A DNA stretch of 64,000 bases from positions 55,676,001 to 55,740,000 of the forward strand of contig CM060731.1 of the NCBI GenBank assembly GCA_030704615.1. Reading direction: 5' to 3'. A model generated the notes under the pieces. The model saw only the letters and a list, made by a program, of their open reading frames with translations, searched no databases and was not told the DNA's origin. Position 1 is the first letter of the stretch. Every line of letters begins with the position of its first letter. The translations under genes were made by a program, and so were the position numbers. The stretch is from Takakia lepidozioides. Taxonomy: Eukaryota; Plantae; Bryophyta. Positions 50,131-62,220 of the stretch are shown here, piece after piece.

Positions 50131-50671
50131 GCTGCTCAGCAAAAAGGGTTGATGGGGGGATGGCCAACTTGGGGAGATTGAGATGAAGAAAGCATGAATC
50201 CTGAAGGAAAACCAGTGCCCCTGCAGTTTATGAAGATCTGAGCTGTCTCCCTCTAAATCTGTGTCACCATTACAAAAAGGGATTTCCGACATGTCACTGC
50301 TCAAGGGGGTTCACATTAAGGGTCGTATTCACCGCTGCCATTGGGCTGCTTGCATCACATAAAAGATCACGCCAACACTGTTGGCGCAGTGAGCATAGGG
50401 CCAGGCTGTTGCATAGAAGTAGAACCGAGGGCAAGAACAAACCAAAGACTCCCATCCATGTCTTCTCTTCCGCTGCGGCGTGGATGAGGATTCCGCAAAC
50501 TCTGATCACGAACGAACCTGAAGGAAAAACCCATATAGCCTCATGACGATGGTTGGACAGAAAAGAGAACGCTCCTTTCCTTTGCCCTGATACTTCAACA
50601 GGGACGAGTAGGAGGAGTACAGATTTAGGATTAACCAGAAGGGGATTCACGCCCCTTCTTTTCACACTACA

Positions 50672-52850
50672 CATCCAAGGTAGCAGGTTTCCAGGGCAAG
50701 GCAGCGAATCCGATCGTTGTTACATTTTCAAAATGTCGACGTGTGGGCCTGGGAGTGGAGTCGACTTGGTCACTCGCATGACAACTGGAAACTTGTCGAA
50801 TGCTTGGGTGATGTTGATCACATCAAGCGAATTACAAACCATCAGTGGGTGACTATGGGTGCGCATGTTTATGACTATCACTCCAAGATGCTCATGACGA
50901 TTGCAATCTGCGAGATGAAAGGGAGGACACACAGTCCGAGATGCATCTGTGGGAGGGCATAAACAGCAGATGGCAAGGGCGGGATTGCCAGAGCCCAATT
51001 TCAGGGGATCATGGCAGACAACAAAGCTCAGGCCAACTGGGCAGCGGTGCGGCGTGTGTACGGTGAGGACCCAATGTTCCAATGGAGGGGAAAGAGAGAT
51101 CCTGTGGATTCCATTGGATGCAGAGTCTATCCCACTACACTACCAAATTTGTTGCTAGCTCATTCCAGGCTGAACACCGTGTCCTTTGTACGGCGTGGAA
51201 GGATGCACCCACATTTGATGACGCGGAGGTTAAGTTTGCTATCATCGAGGCTTGGTGGAACACGTCAGGTGCAGTGGAGACAACCAATCTGGGAGCATTG
51301 CACAGCTGGTTGGGTGGTGGCATTTTCGGTATCGACAGTTCGGACAGTACATGCGGGAGGTAGGCTGCTGTCATTTTCGTTCATTTGTCTTTCTGTTACG
51401 GACATTTCGATTGGTCCCTCACCGTTGTTTGTGTCCTTCTAGGAGCGGTGCTTGGATTCCGACACGGACATGCCGAACACGAATATGGCAGAATCGGTCC
51501 ACTCCTCCTGGCGAGCGTCTTCTGCCGCACATCTGGTGGACGTAGTGACGGCCACAACGGAGGACATCGACAGAGCAATCATGCAGCAAGCCACGTACTA
51601 CAAGTTCCTGAGCGGCAAACAATGGGGCTTTGGGCCGGACAGGGAGGAATTGTTGGTACGAACAGCTTCGAGGTCCAAGAATCCAGTGAAATGGGCGACA
51701 GCATTGCGAGAGAAATCAAAGGGACGCCTCTGCACCGCAGAGGTGAACACCTAGAGGGGGACGTCCGGACTCGCCCTGTCAGGCGGAGGATTGAAGAGGA
51801 ACCCGGGTACGAAGAGGATTCCTGGAGATCCGACAGGAACATTCGGACAGCACCTCGAGGTCCCGTCATGTTGCCGCACAATGTGTCTTCCAGCAGTGGA
51901 AGCCCAAGAAATTCCAGATCGCCGTCGCCTTCAACCGGGGATTTCGTGCAACAAATTCCCACCGCTCCCTTGCCCACATTCCGCCCGCTGTTATGCAGTA
52001 TGGCCAAGCCATTGTGGAGACGACTGTGTCTGCCTCACAGTGGAGAATTGCTCGCACAAAGCCGTCGTTTCGAGGAAGGTGTTCCGCAATTCGTGTGGAT
52101 ACACGGCAACGTTGTTTAGAGATGATAAGGAGGAATCCAGATGGGGCTGTCCCTGCTCCTACTTTTACAGGAAGATTTGTCCATGCAAAGTTTGCGGAGG
52201 CGACAACCACCCAGTTCTGGTTCTGCAGGCACGACATTATGACTTGCGTGTATGGAAAGCCCAAGTACGGCATACAGACAATGCCAGAGGCTCCCCCGGT
52301 GTGGCCGGTGGAACCAGGCTGCGATCTGAGTCAGGTTGAGGCCGACGCCCTTACCGCCGCAGGATTTCGGATGGTGCAGCGCACTGACGTGCCCAGACAA
52401 CCATTCCGCTTCCACAGCCTCCACCACCGACCCCTGTGAGAGCAAGAACAATGGGACACGACAGCTCTAAGCATCCTACACACCGTTGGGGAAACCGAAG
52501 AGGCGGCGACCTCCCTCAAAAGTGAACGAGACAAGGATGGGGAATGCACTTCGGATGAACTGTACAATCCAGAGCTCGACAGAAGTGCCCCCACCAGGAT
52601 TCGGGCGTGTGTATCAGATGGCCACGGCGGGCTCAGCTGTTCGCAATGAGGTGTACACCATCACCATTTCAGAATTACCCACCTGCAATTGCACCGACTT
52701 CCAGATCATGGCGAACAAGGGGGCATCATACTGCCCTTGCAAGCATTTGTACTACGTGTACCTAAAGAGACTCCGTTGTAATTCCACAACTCATCACTTC
52801 ATACATGCACCAGGGTTGAGCCCCAGGAGGTTCACACTCTTCTGAATATG
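50672..52850 (+). pseudogene. MULE-type DDE transposase with C-terminal SWIM zinc finger (frameshifted, intron 51360-51442)
   Basis: WVM(F)DHIKR, MADN, CGFHW (CxxH), PNTNMAESVH; SWIM-like YTITISELPTCNCTDF..CPCKHLYYV; GT..CTAG intron restores YMRE|ERCL. Confidence 0.8.
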
Positions 52851-53627
52851 GATCCAGGGGACCAGTGAGCTTGGCTTGCGGTCCAATACAATGGTACGCC
52901 CCGGATAGTAGAACTGTACTGCTGCCAGTACCTCAGACTCTGGCCACACAAAGGTCCGACATATGTCTTGCCTACCAGTAACCTGTTTTGATCGAACTAA
53001 GATATTACTATATCGTTCACTTGTTTCCACGTGCATGTATTTTGTATGTTGGAGGGTTCATGTTTTTCTGCTTTCCGAAAACTTGCTCTCCTCATTCGAC
53101 CTCCGACAAGGAAATGCGGCGCCGAATTTCCAAGTATCGTCGTAGGTACCCCCAGAGGCGGCCTTCGCCAACACCAACCCGCTCCGAAATTTCACACGTG
53201 CGAACCCTAATGCGGCACCCTATTTCCCAGTTCAGTTGCAAACTTTCCCGCCGAATACCCGAAGAAGACAGAATTGTGAAGTACTGCAGACTGTATTGGT
53301 GCAGACTCCATTGGTTCAATCGCGGCAAAAGGGTCAGCTTCATTCCAATGTTAAGGCATGTAAAACCGCGGAATACTCTATACATGCCAGTATGCGACGT
53401 CCTTTTGCAGTGGTATACTGGATTTCCCGTTGCACGGTCACTTATTTCCATGAGCGGATCTATAAAACCATGAGCGGACTTGTTACTGACGACATATCTT
53501 CGCCGCAATACATGATCTGGAACGTCCAAAAACGGCAAGGTCAAATAAAAAACTATTATTTTAATACTTGTTTAATCTGCCGCATTTCCAAATTTGGAGG
53601 AGTCCGCTCATGAAATCCGCGTATCTT

Positions 53628-53710
53628 AGACTTCGGCTCACCGCTCATGCGGCTCATGCGGCTCATGGCTCATGGCTCATGGTTTCTGCTCATGAAATAG
53701 TAAACCTCCC
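53628..53710 (+). repeat. Terminal and subterminal repeat of the MULE-like element
   Basis: Tandem GCTCATGCG / GCTCATG units followed by GTTTCTGCTCATGAAATAGTAAACCTCCC. Confidence 0.7.
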
Positions 53711-56700
53711 TACCACAGCGTGTCACAGCCTATCACAGCTTACCACAGTGCATCACAGCCTATCACAGCGTAACACAATATGACACAGCCTGTCACAGCT
53801 CAACACAGCCTACTAAAGTTACACGATCCATAGAATCAGTGACAAGTGGACACATAATAACTTCAGGAAAATGGCTGACGGAAGAGGAAACGGAAATTAC
53901 TTTAAAAATGGACATGTGGAGGTCGGGGCGCGACACACAGCCGAGAAGGAAGTGCAAGAACAGGTGTCAAAAAGAAAGAGGACAAGAACGGCCGTCAAAA
54001 GGGATGAAAGGCGGGCCCATTAATGAGTACGGAAAAAGAGAAACGGAACGAACGGCAAGTACAGAAAAGTGGAATTCTTGTCACATGTGTGATCCTAGTG
54101 GACTATCCAACAGGGAAAGTCCACTAAAGAAGATAAATCTAAATCCAGTCACAACGGATACAGCCAATAGAAAACCAGAGAAAGGATCAAGAAAATGGAG
54201 GGAAATTGAGCGCAAGAGGCGGCGTCGTTCTGAGTAACGGGCGTCTCGACAGGACAGACCATCAATGCTATACCTTGGAAACTATGGAGGAACTAACAGA
54301 CTATATACGCTCGCAATATTACTTACGCAGTGGCATAGACACGAAAGGACAAAGCGGAGCTTTTTTCTTGAGCGATGCTTGCAAGCCCCGCAGGCTTACA
54401 AGAAATTACCCATAGCTTTCTGCGACAATCATACGTCTATGCTTTGTGCACTACAGGCATTCCTGCAGTTGTTACAGCCAAAACAGTTCTGTGAGTCTAA
54501 AATGAAGAGAGTGAGAGGAATGGAGGAAATCAGGGTGAAGAGCACCACAATTCTGCAGAAACAAACGATTGCTACCCACAGGCGATACAGATACTAGAGG
54601 AGCTGAGATTGCAAGGATTGCAAAGCCTAGATTGGACACTACACCATAGACAGTACATGTTACAATTTTTGCAGAACTTTGAGCCAAGGACAGGAACAAC
54701 AACGGTGAAGGGAGTTGAATTAATGATTACTCCCCTATACCTCCAGCAATTGTTTCGATTGCCAGCAGGTCAGGTGCATGTGGAGCAACACAGGGCAAGA
54801 CTGCAAATAGAGGACTTATTCCAAGAAGGGAGTTTCTTTAAAACTCAGGGTTATGCTTGTACCAAGGCTGTGTACCCAGGGTTAAAAGAGGTAGGCCAGG
54901 TATTGAACGTTCTGATTGCCATGAAACAGAACCAACAGTATTTGAGCAGATCCTTCACGGAGGAAATACTCAAAGGCCTGAAGGGACGAGAGGTACAATG
55001 GGCGGACATAATGTACAACGCACTGATAGAGGAGATGAAAAGATTACAAGGTACTACCGCAAAGTCTCCTATAATAGTGTCTGGCCCAATCATTGCTCAA
55101 ATAATCCTTGATTCTGGCATACTTAATGCGCAAGAAAGAAAGGAAATGGGAGTGTTTGAGCCAGCAACAACTGCAATGGAAGAGCAAGGCTCTTCACATA
55201 GTGAGGATGGACTAGCAGGGCAACCTGAGACTAAGAAGCAGAGACGGGGAAGACTGTGGTGGCGAATCCACTGGCTTCACGGATTCCGCATGATAATGTT
55301 TCCCAAGCTCATGGCCAGGAAGGGGCACAGCAGCACAGAGAAATGCTATTACTGGAAGCAGGACCTTCAGAGAGGGAGGAGGAAGTTACTTCTGCATCAC
55401 AACCATCACAGCCACTGAACGACTTGTCACAAGGTCACAAGTTATCCATGCAGCTCAACCAGAAATAATTGATTTGGAAAGTGAAGGTTAGATATTCCAA
55501 CTACAGAACAGATAGTGGCAGAAATAGAGAAGGGGGACCTTCTCTATGAATATTTTGGTCTGGTCAAGGAGACAGAAATCCCAGAGGTGCAACAGTTGCC
55601 CAAGGCAAATCCTGAGGTGCATATAATACACACACCTGTGTCGGAGGTACCACAGGCGGAAGGTCATGACACTGTAGCACTGGTGATAGATGAAGTAGTT
55701 CAGGAAGAAAATCCGGTGGGACAATGGCCTGAATGGTTAGTGAGACATCACACTGTTGAAGATCAGGAGGAACACAGCAACCTCACCATGATGACCCTCA
55801 ACAGGCAATGCTGATGAGTTCCATAGGCAGGACACTTAATTTGTTGGGGACTTATGTCAAATCCCATGTTCCAATTACCCAATTGACAGCCTTGAAAGAG
55901 GAACTCAGGAAGGAGTTTGAGGCTCGACTTGCCACTGAGTGTGCAAACAAGGTCGATGAAGAGGTCACTCTCAAGATGAAGCAGGACTTGGAATACAGAA
56001 AATGGCTTTGCAATTGGCCAAGCAACAATTGATTGAGGCAGGCCTCGCGCAAGACCAGTTGCACGAAGCACATAAGCAACAGCTATACCAAATGCAGGTG
56101 CAGCATGAAAGCAAGTTGCAAGAACTGAATGCACTACATACGGAGTTGCAGACAGTGCATAACAGGATGGCGATACAATGTGCTACATTTACAACTATGC
56201 TTGACCAATCTACAAAAGAAATAAACAGTCAAGCGGAAAAATGTACGAAGGCAGAAGAAGAGAATGTTGAGCAAATGAAGCTCATTGTCGATATGAAGAA
56301 TACAATCTGTCGCAATGAAGATACTTTCAAGCAATAACAGGCAGATTGAAGCTGATCAAGAGAAGCACATCGTGGAGTTGCAACAAACCATCATGGCCAA
56401 TAAAAAATGAAATCGCGTCAATAACAAGGCTTGGAAGGAAGCCAATAATCTACTTGCTGCTTATGCGCAATTGGTTGAACCTCAGGCGAAGCGCATGGAG
56501 GCTTTACAACAGCAGTTGGAATTGTACAAGCTGAGAGAGGAGCAAACTCTCAGGGGAACCACAAGCAAATTTGTGGATAACAGCCTTATGCAGGTCTGGT
56601 TAGCACAAGGGCAGTAGAGGGCAAAGCACCACGGAAGCTCACCCAAAGCGAGATGAATGAGCTCAGGTTGCAGGTGCAGAAATTGCCACAACTACTATAG

Positions 56701-59165
56701 ACAAAGTCTATAGTAGGATAGCAGAGTTACAAGAGGATGTAGACGGACTCTAGACTCAAGTGGAAGAACTCACTTCAAACATCGACCAAAGAGTCTATAT
56801 CCCTCAGGAACAGCTAATGGCTTCTTATTTACAAGCCAGAACTTTGGCTTTCAGTCTTCACAGGAGGTGCAGGAGATGCCAATGATACAGGAGCCAGTAC
56901 CACCACCACCACAACAGGTCACTGTACCAATAGCTGAACCTGTGGTTCTACAACCACACCACAGCCACCACAGCCGGAGGTATGGGGCAATGCCGCTTTT
57001 AACCACCTAAAACTCCAGCTGCAAGGGAGTACAGTAGGGCTATGATTATGCCCTTCACCAAATTCCCATCATGTTGGATTTGGCTTGGAAAGAATTTAGT
57101 CCTCCGCATCATTCGCACATTACTACCAAATCATGCGTATTGGCTGCCAGTGGCAACTAGGACTAAAGTTCTTCCGAACAATCAACATATTGAGATCATC
57201 ACTTTGCACAATACTGGCACGAGGCAGGTACCATGTTGAGGGAATTGATTGCTTTCCAGGTTGTACATGGACTCATTTATACCAAGACAAGGAGATAGCA
57301 AGTATTGTCATGGGGTGCGGGTTATACTACGCTGCTTGTTTTCTGGTACGTTACCACATTGAGCAACAAAAGATGCAAACACGCTTTCAAAGTTATTCCA
57401 GTGGAGATCATTGGGTATTACCTTCGGTGCCACCTCATATGTACCTATATGACCCAAAGTTATGATGCAAAAGGATTCTCAAATTCGTTCATGGTTTCAA
57501 GCAGCCTGCAACCATTTGTCAACACAGAAATTCGGCATTGATGACATTTTCTATAAGGGACATGTGGCATGGAAGTACTTGCACGCTGCATCAGTAATTG
57601 GTACCCCACTCACCTGGACAGACAAGGAGCTCAGTGTCTACACCAATTTTGCTGTTCAACGGTTACACCATGTTGTAAAATACAAACTTCCAGACATGGT
57701 AGGACAGCATTGTATGCCCCAGATGATTACACAAAAAGCTCGAAAATTAAAACACCTGAGAGGCGATGAGGATTCTGATACAACTGTTTCTTCACCGAAT
57801 TCTTTTGACATGGGAGAAGACTATGCAATTCAGATGGAAGAGAAGAAGCGACGGGGATCTCCTATGCCGGAAAGATTACCTCGATATCAGCCTCCAGAGG
57901 CCTCACTTATCCAGGTAGTGATCAACCATCTCCGTCAACCAGAAACAGACCTCGGGCTCGTACACACAGTCCGCCAAGAAACTCTCAACGTCAAGAAGGT
58001 GCTCACTCACAAAGGTTTGCTAATCAAAATCAGTAAACCGTGAGGACACGGCTTTTTGAGGGGGGAAGGGGTAATGTTAGAGGACTGTCGGGGAATTAGA
58101 CACTTATACGGGATCTGTAGGGTACCCTTTATTTTTGCACAGACTGAGACCAACAGGAGCCTTAGGGTGACAGCAGCGCACTGTAGAGGGGGGTTACACA
58201 GTCGTCACAGCCCACACAGCTGTCACAGCCCACACAGCCATCACAGCCCACACAGCCGTCACAGCCCACACAGCCAACACAGCCCGTCACAGCAGACACA
58301 GCCAACACAGCCCGTCACAGTTGTCACAGCAGACACAGCCAACACAGCTCGTCACAGCAGACACAGCCCGTCACAGTCGTCACAGCAGACACAGCCGACA
58401 CAGCCGACACAGCCACACAGCCAGTCACAGCCCGACACAGCCAAACACAGTTGCACAGCCAGTCACAGCCCATCACAGTTTCGCACAGCCAGTCACAGCC
58501 CGTCACAGTTTCACACAGCCAGTCACAGCTTGACACAGCGGTCACGATCATAGGGAAGAAGAGTAGGACAGGGAACGACTGTGGGGACAACACCTGCGAA
58601 GGAACATGTTAGTTCACAGACGACGGTTAGCGAGGGAAACGGTTAGAACCGCGGAGAGGAGATAAAGGGAGAAACGGGGAATTGAGGGACATCATTCGGA
58701 GGAGGACTTCTTGGTGATAGAGGAGAGGGGATCGGGCAGAGATGAAGAACGGAAGGGAAGATAGAGAGATGATGAGTAGATGCTTGATATATGCAAGGCT
58801 GTAATGATATTGTAGAGTAGATTAGAGACACAATGGCTTCGGCCTGATACCTGATAAATCATAATCGGATACTTTTACGATACAATCACACTGTGTAGAG
58901 AGATCTGAGTGAAGCTGTGGAATGAATGGATGAGTTGATGGAATCCAATAGATTGATAAAGCAAACTGATACTTAATTATCAATGGTAAGATAGTTAACA
59001 TGAATACCATAAGGGAAACAAATAGGAAACAACCCCATGATACACTAGCTGTAGGTCATGACTGATTGTTCTGCGCGGGCTGAGTACTTAGAGATTTCCA
59101 ACTCTTCAATCTTGGAGTTTCCGCCTCGAATAGCGAAGGGATGGGTGAGTAAAAGCCGCGCGACA
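53711..59165 (+). mobile_element. Family Y copy 4, 3' fragment (extension ORF + 3' LTR)
   Basis: Collinear with the reverse complement of 22775-28180; many frameshifts; PPT ~58058-58072. Confidence 0.9.
58075..59165 (+). repeat. 3' LTR of family Y copy 4
   Basis: TGTTAG...GCGCGACA. Confidence 0.88.
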
Positions 59166-60307
59166 AGCCACTTGGAGAGGACACTTCTGCGGGGAGAACT
59201 ACTGGGGAGGGGAGCACTTCTTGATCATCAGCAGAAGCGATCAGGCGGAGAACATGAACTAGAGCAAGGATGGAGAGTACAGTGATGGAGGGGACGCGAT
59301 CTGCTGATGTTTGATGAATGCAAGTTGTAGAGTTAGACTGTAGAGCAGATTAGGGACACCATGGCTTCGGCCTGATACATGACAAATCTTAATCTAACAC
59401 CTATTTGTTAGAGGGTTGCTTGGGACTTACACACTTTTACGGGTTCTGTGGGGTACCCTTAATTTTTGCGCAGACTTATGAATGGTAGACTGAGACCAAC
59501 AGGAGCCTTAGGGGTGGCAGGCGCAGGCTTTAAGGGGGGTAGACAACTTGTCACAGTCTATCATAGCCAGACACAGTCTAACACAGCCCGACACAGCTTT
59601 GCACAGCCAGTCACAGCCCGACACAGCTTTACACAGCCTGTCACAGTCTATCACAGCCAGACACAATCTGACACAGCCGACACAGCCCGACACAGCTTTG
59701 CACATCCAGTCACAGCCCGACACAGCTTTATACAGCCAGTTACAGCTCGGCACAGTTTGACATAGCCTGTCACAGTGTACATGGGAAACAGTTATCATTG
59801 ACAGGGAACGACTGTGTGAACGTGTTACTTCAGGGGTGACGGTTAGTTAGTTAGGTGGTTAGAACAGCTTGTGGGTAGATTAGGCAAGGTGGCAACAGGA
59901 AGAGGATGACTTCTCGAGGAGGGCGACTTGTTCAGGAGAGGAGGAGACGTAACGGAGAGCGAAAACAGTGAAGAGGTTGGAAGATGAAAAGTATGAAGAA
60001 GTAGACCCAATAGCTGAGGTTGAGACTACAACCAGGACATCCCAACCCGTTGGACCTGGATCAAGTGGAGCACTTGGATCACAGGCCAACGAAGGTGTCG
60101 GCTCAGGGGGATTAGGCGGGCAGCCTGGATCTGGCTCTGGGGGGACAGGGAGTGTGGGAAGTAGTGCAACTGGAGCTGGGAATACTGTGAATATAGTGGG
60201 GCCAGTAGCAGGGAGTGCTCAGGGGCCAGCACTTGGTGGAAGTTCCACAATAACTACCACAGGTCCTCAAGGACCAGCACCAACAAGGGGGCCAGCACCT
60301 GTCAGTG
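59166..60307 (+). mobile_element. Fragments of further family Y copies: partial LTR (59166-59405), LTR start at 59406, internal deletion into the gag N-terminus (~59970-60307)
   Basis: TGTTAGAGGG at 59406 followed by LTR-type sequence; YEEVDPIAEVETTTRT matches ORF 41502..42128. Confidence 0.7.
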
Positions 60308-60354
60308 GGGAGGTTTACTATTTCATGAGCAGAAACCATGAGCCATGAGCCGCA

Positions 60355-62220
60355 TGACGTGTTCCACCAAGCCTTGATGATAGCAAACTTAATCTCCGCG
60401 TCATCAAATGTGGGTGCATTCTTCCACGCCGTACAAAGGACACGGTGTTCAGCCTGGAATGAGCTAGCAACAAATTTGGTAGTGTAGTAGGATAGACTCT
60501 GCATCCAATGGAATCCACAGGATCTCTCTTTCCCCTCCATTGGAACATTGGGGTCCTCACCGTACACACGCCGCACCGCTGCCCAGTTGGCCTGAGCGTT
60601 GTCTGCCATGAATCCCCTGAAATTGGGCTCTGGCAATCCTGCCCTTGCCATTTGCTTGTTTATGCCCTCCCACAGATGCATCTCGGACTGTGTGTCCTCC
60701 CCTTTCATCTCGCAGATTGCAATCGTCATGAGCCTCTTGGAGTGATAGTCATAAACATGCGCACCCATAGTCACCCACTGATGGTTTGTAATTCGCTTGA
60801 TGTGATCAAACATCACCCAAGCATTCGACAGGTTTCCATTGTCATGCGAGTGACCAAGTCGACTCCACTCCCAGGCCCACACGTTGACATTTAAAAAATG
60901 TAACAACGATCGGATTCGCTGCCTTGCCCTGGAAACCTGCTACCTTGGATGTAGTCATATCCAGTCATTCGTTTCACCTCCAGGATTGAGTGCATGTCCG
61001 ACCCCCGGCCGAACTCCTGCTTGCAAGATACGATGTGATTCCGCACATTCGGACTACAAACATGCGAGACGGACTCCAACAGGTCAAGCATCTCCTTTTC
61101 GTTCAAGGGCACTCGGTCTGAACCATCTTCAGACATGATTTTTCCAAGAGCAATCTTGTGGGCTGCCTTCAGCTGAATCTGCTTTGGTCTTGCTCCGGGG
61201 CTCAATTTCACCTCCTCTTTTATGATGTCGTGTGCTTCCTGCACAGCCTCACGCATGTTGCCTCTCGCCAAGGGGTGGCAGTGGACCCCAACGTGTATGC
61301 AAGCTCTAGTCAAGTCCGGGAGCAAATGGATTACGTAATATTGCTTGGCTCTGCACATGGACATGCACGTCGGTGGTTCTTTGCAATTGCGCACTTGAAA
61401 GTACCCGCAGGAGCTTGGCTGGAGACAATGAATGGATGATGCGTTGTGCCAGTCCAATCCGTCTCGTTTCTCCGCCCTCCTTTGGAAAGAAAGTGGAAGC
61501 AGGCGGGATTCAGGCACCTCAGCTTCCCCGCACAGAGGACGTATCGTACACGAACACCATCTGCAATTTTCGTGCTACTGGTCTTCGTCACACACCAGGG
61601 GTGTCCGTCATGCTTTCGATCCATGTCTGTTAACATCCCTGAGGCTTTGTTTGAGGAAGTGACAGGTGGAAACTTGAAGATGACATTGCCATCGACTTTG
61701 GGAGGCAGATACGTTACCTTCCTGACCGGAAATTTGGCATAGTCAAGAGCAGCCAGCTCGGAGCGAGAACCATCGAGGTGATGTTGCCGTAGGAGCTGCA
61801 CAATGGACCGGGTTGGAGTTATGCTCGAGAGTACTTGCGTAGCACCTGCAGAGACGTCCATGTCGGATTTGAACGACCGTGTGGAGGACATGGGGACCTC
61901 AATGCACTCATCTTCATCATCGGAAATGTCGAATACGTCCACACGAGAAGCTATGGAGGGTCTTGACGGTCCAGGTCGGGAATGATTATCGTTGCATACC
62001 TCTCTGTTGGCAGTGGCCGCCTCTCGGTTTCCGGACTCCTTTGTGGATGGTGTGGGTAGCGACTGATTCGGAAAGGGAATGGGTATTCCCACAGCTCGGT
62101 ATAGGATGGTGTCTGATGGGGGTACGTGCCATTCAATTCCGCAACCTCCGTCGTTACCTAGCACGACAATGGTCTTGTCAACCTGTCCAGGAACATCCTT
62201 CCTTTCTTCTTCCAAGTAAA
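60355..62220 (-). pseudogene. MULE-type transposase N-terminal two thirds with a GCM/WRKY-like zinc domain
   Basis: DGHPW..CAGKLRCLNPAC..C(R)NC..CRAK..GVHCHP; WVMFDHIKR; FMADNAQAN; CGFHW. Truncated before the catalytic Glu. Confidence 0.78.

Larger units (their letters stand above)
42816..50671 (+). mobile_element. Family X element C, non-autonomous, PPR-carrying, divergent LTR subfamily; flanks do not form a TSD
   Basis: LTRs 42816-45048 and 48423-50671 are near identical to each other. PBS 45049-45060; PPT + palindrome 48401-48431; flanks CCCC / CATC. Confidence 0.93.
50672..53710 (+). mobile_element. Mutator-like DNA transposon copy 1, 3' part with terminus (..CATGAAATAGTAAACCTCCC)
   Basis: Transposase fragments followed by subterminal GCTCATG(C)G repeats; the same terminus occurs inverted at 60308-60357. 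Confidence 0.75.
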
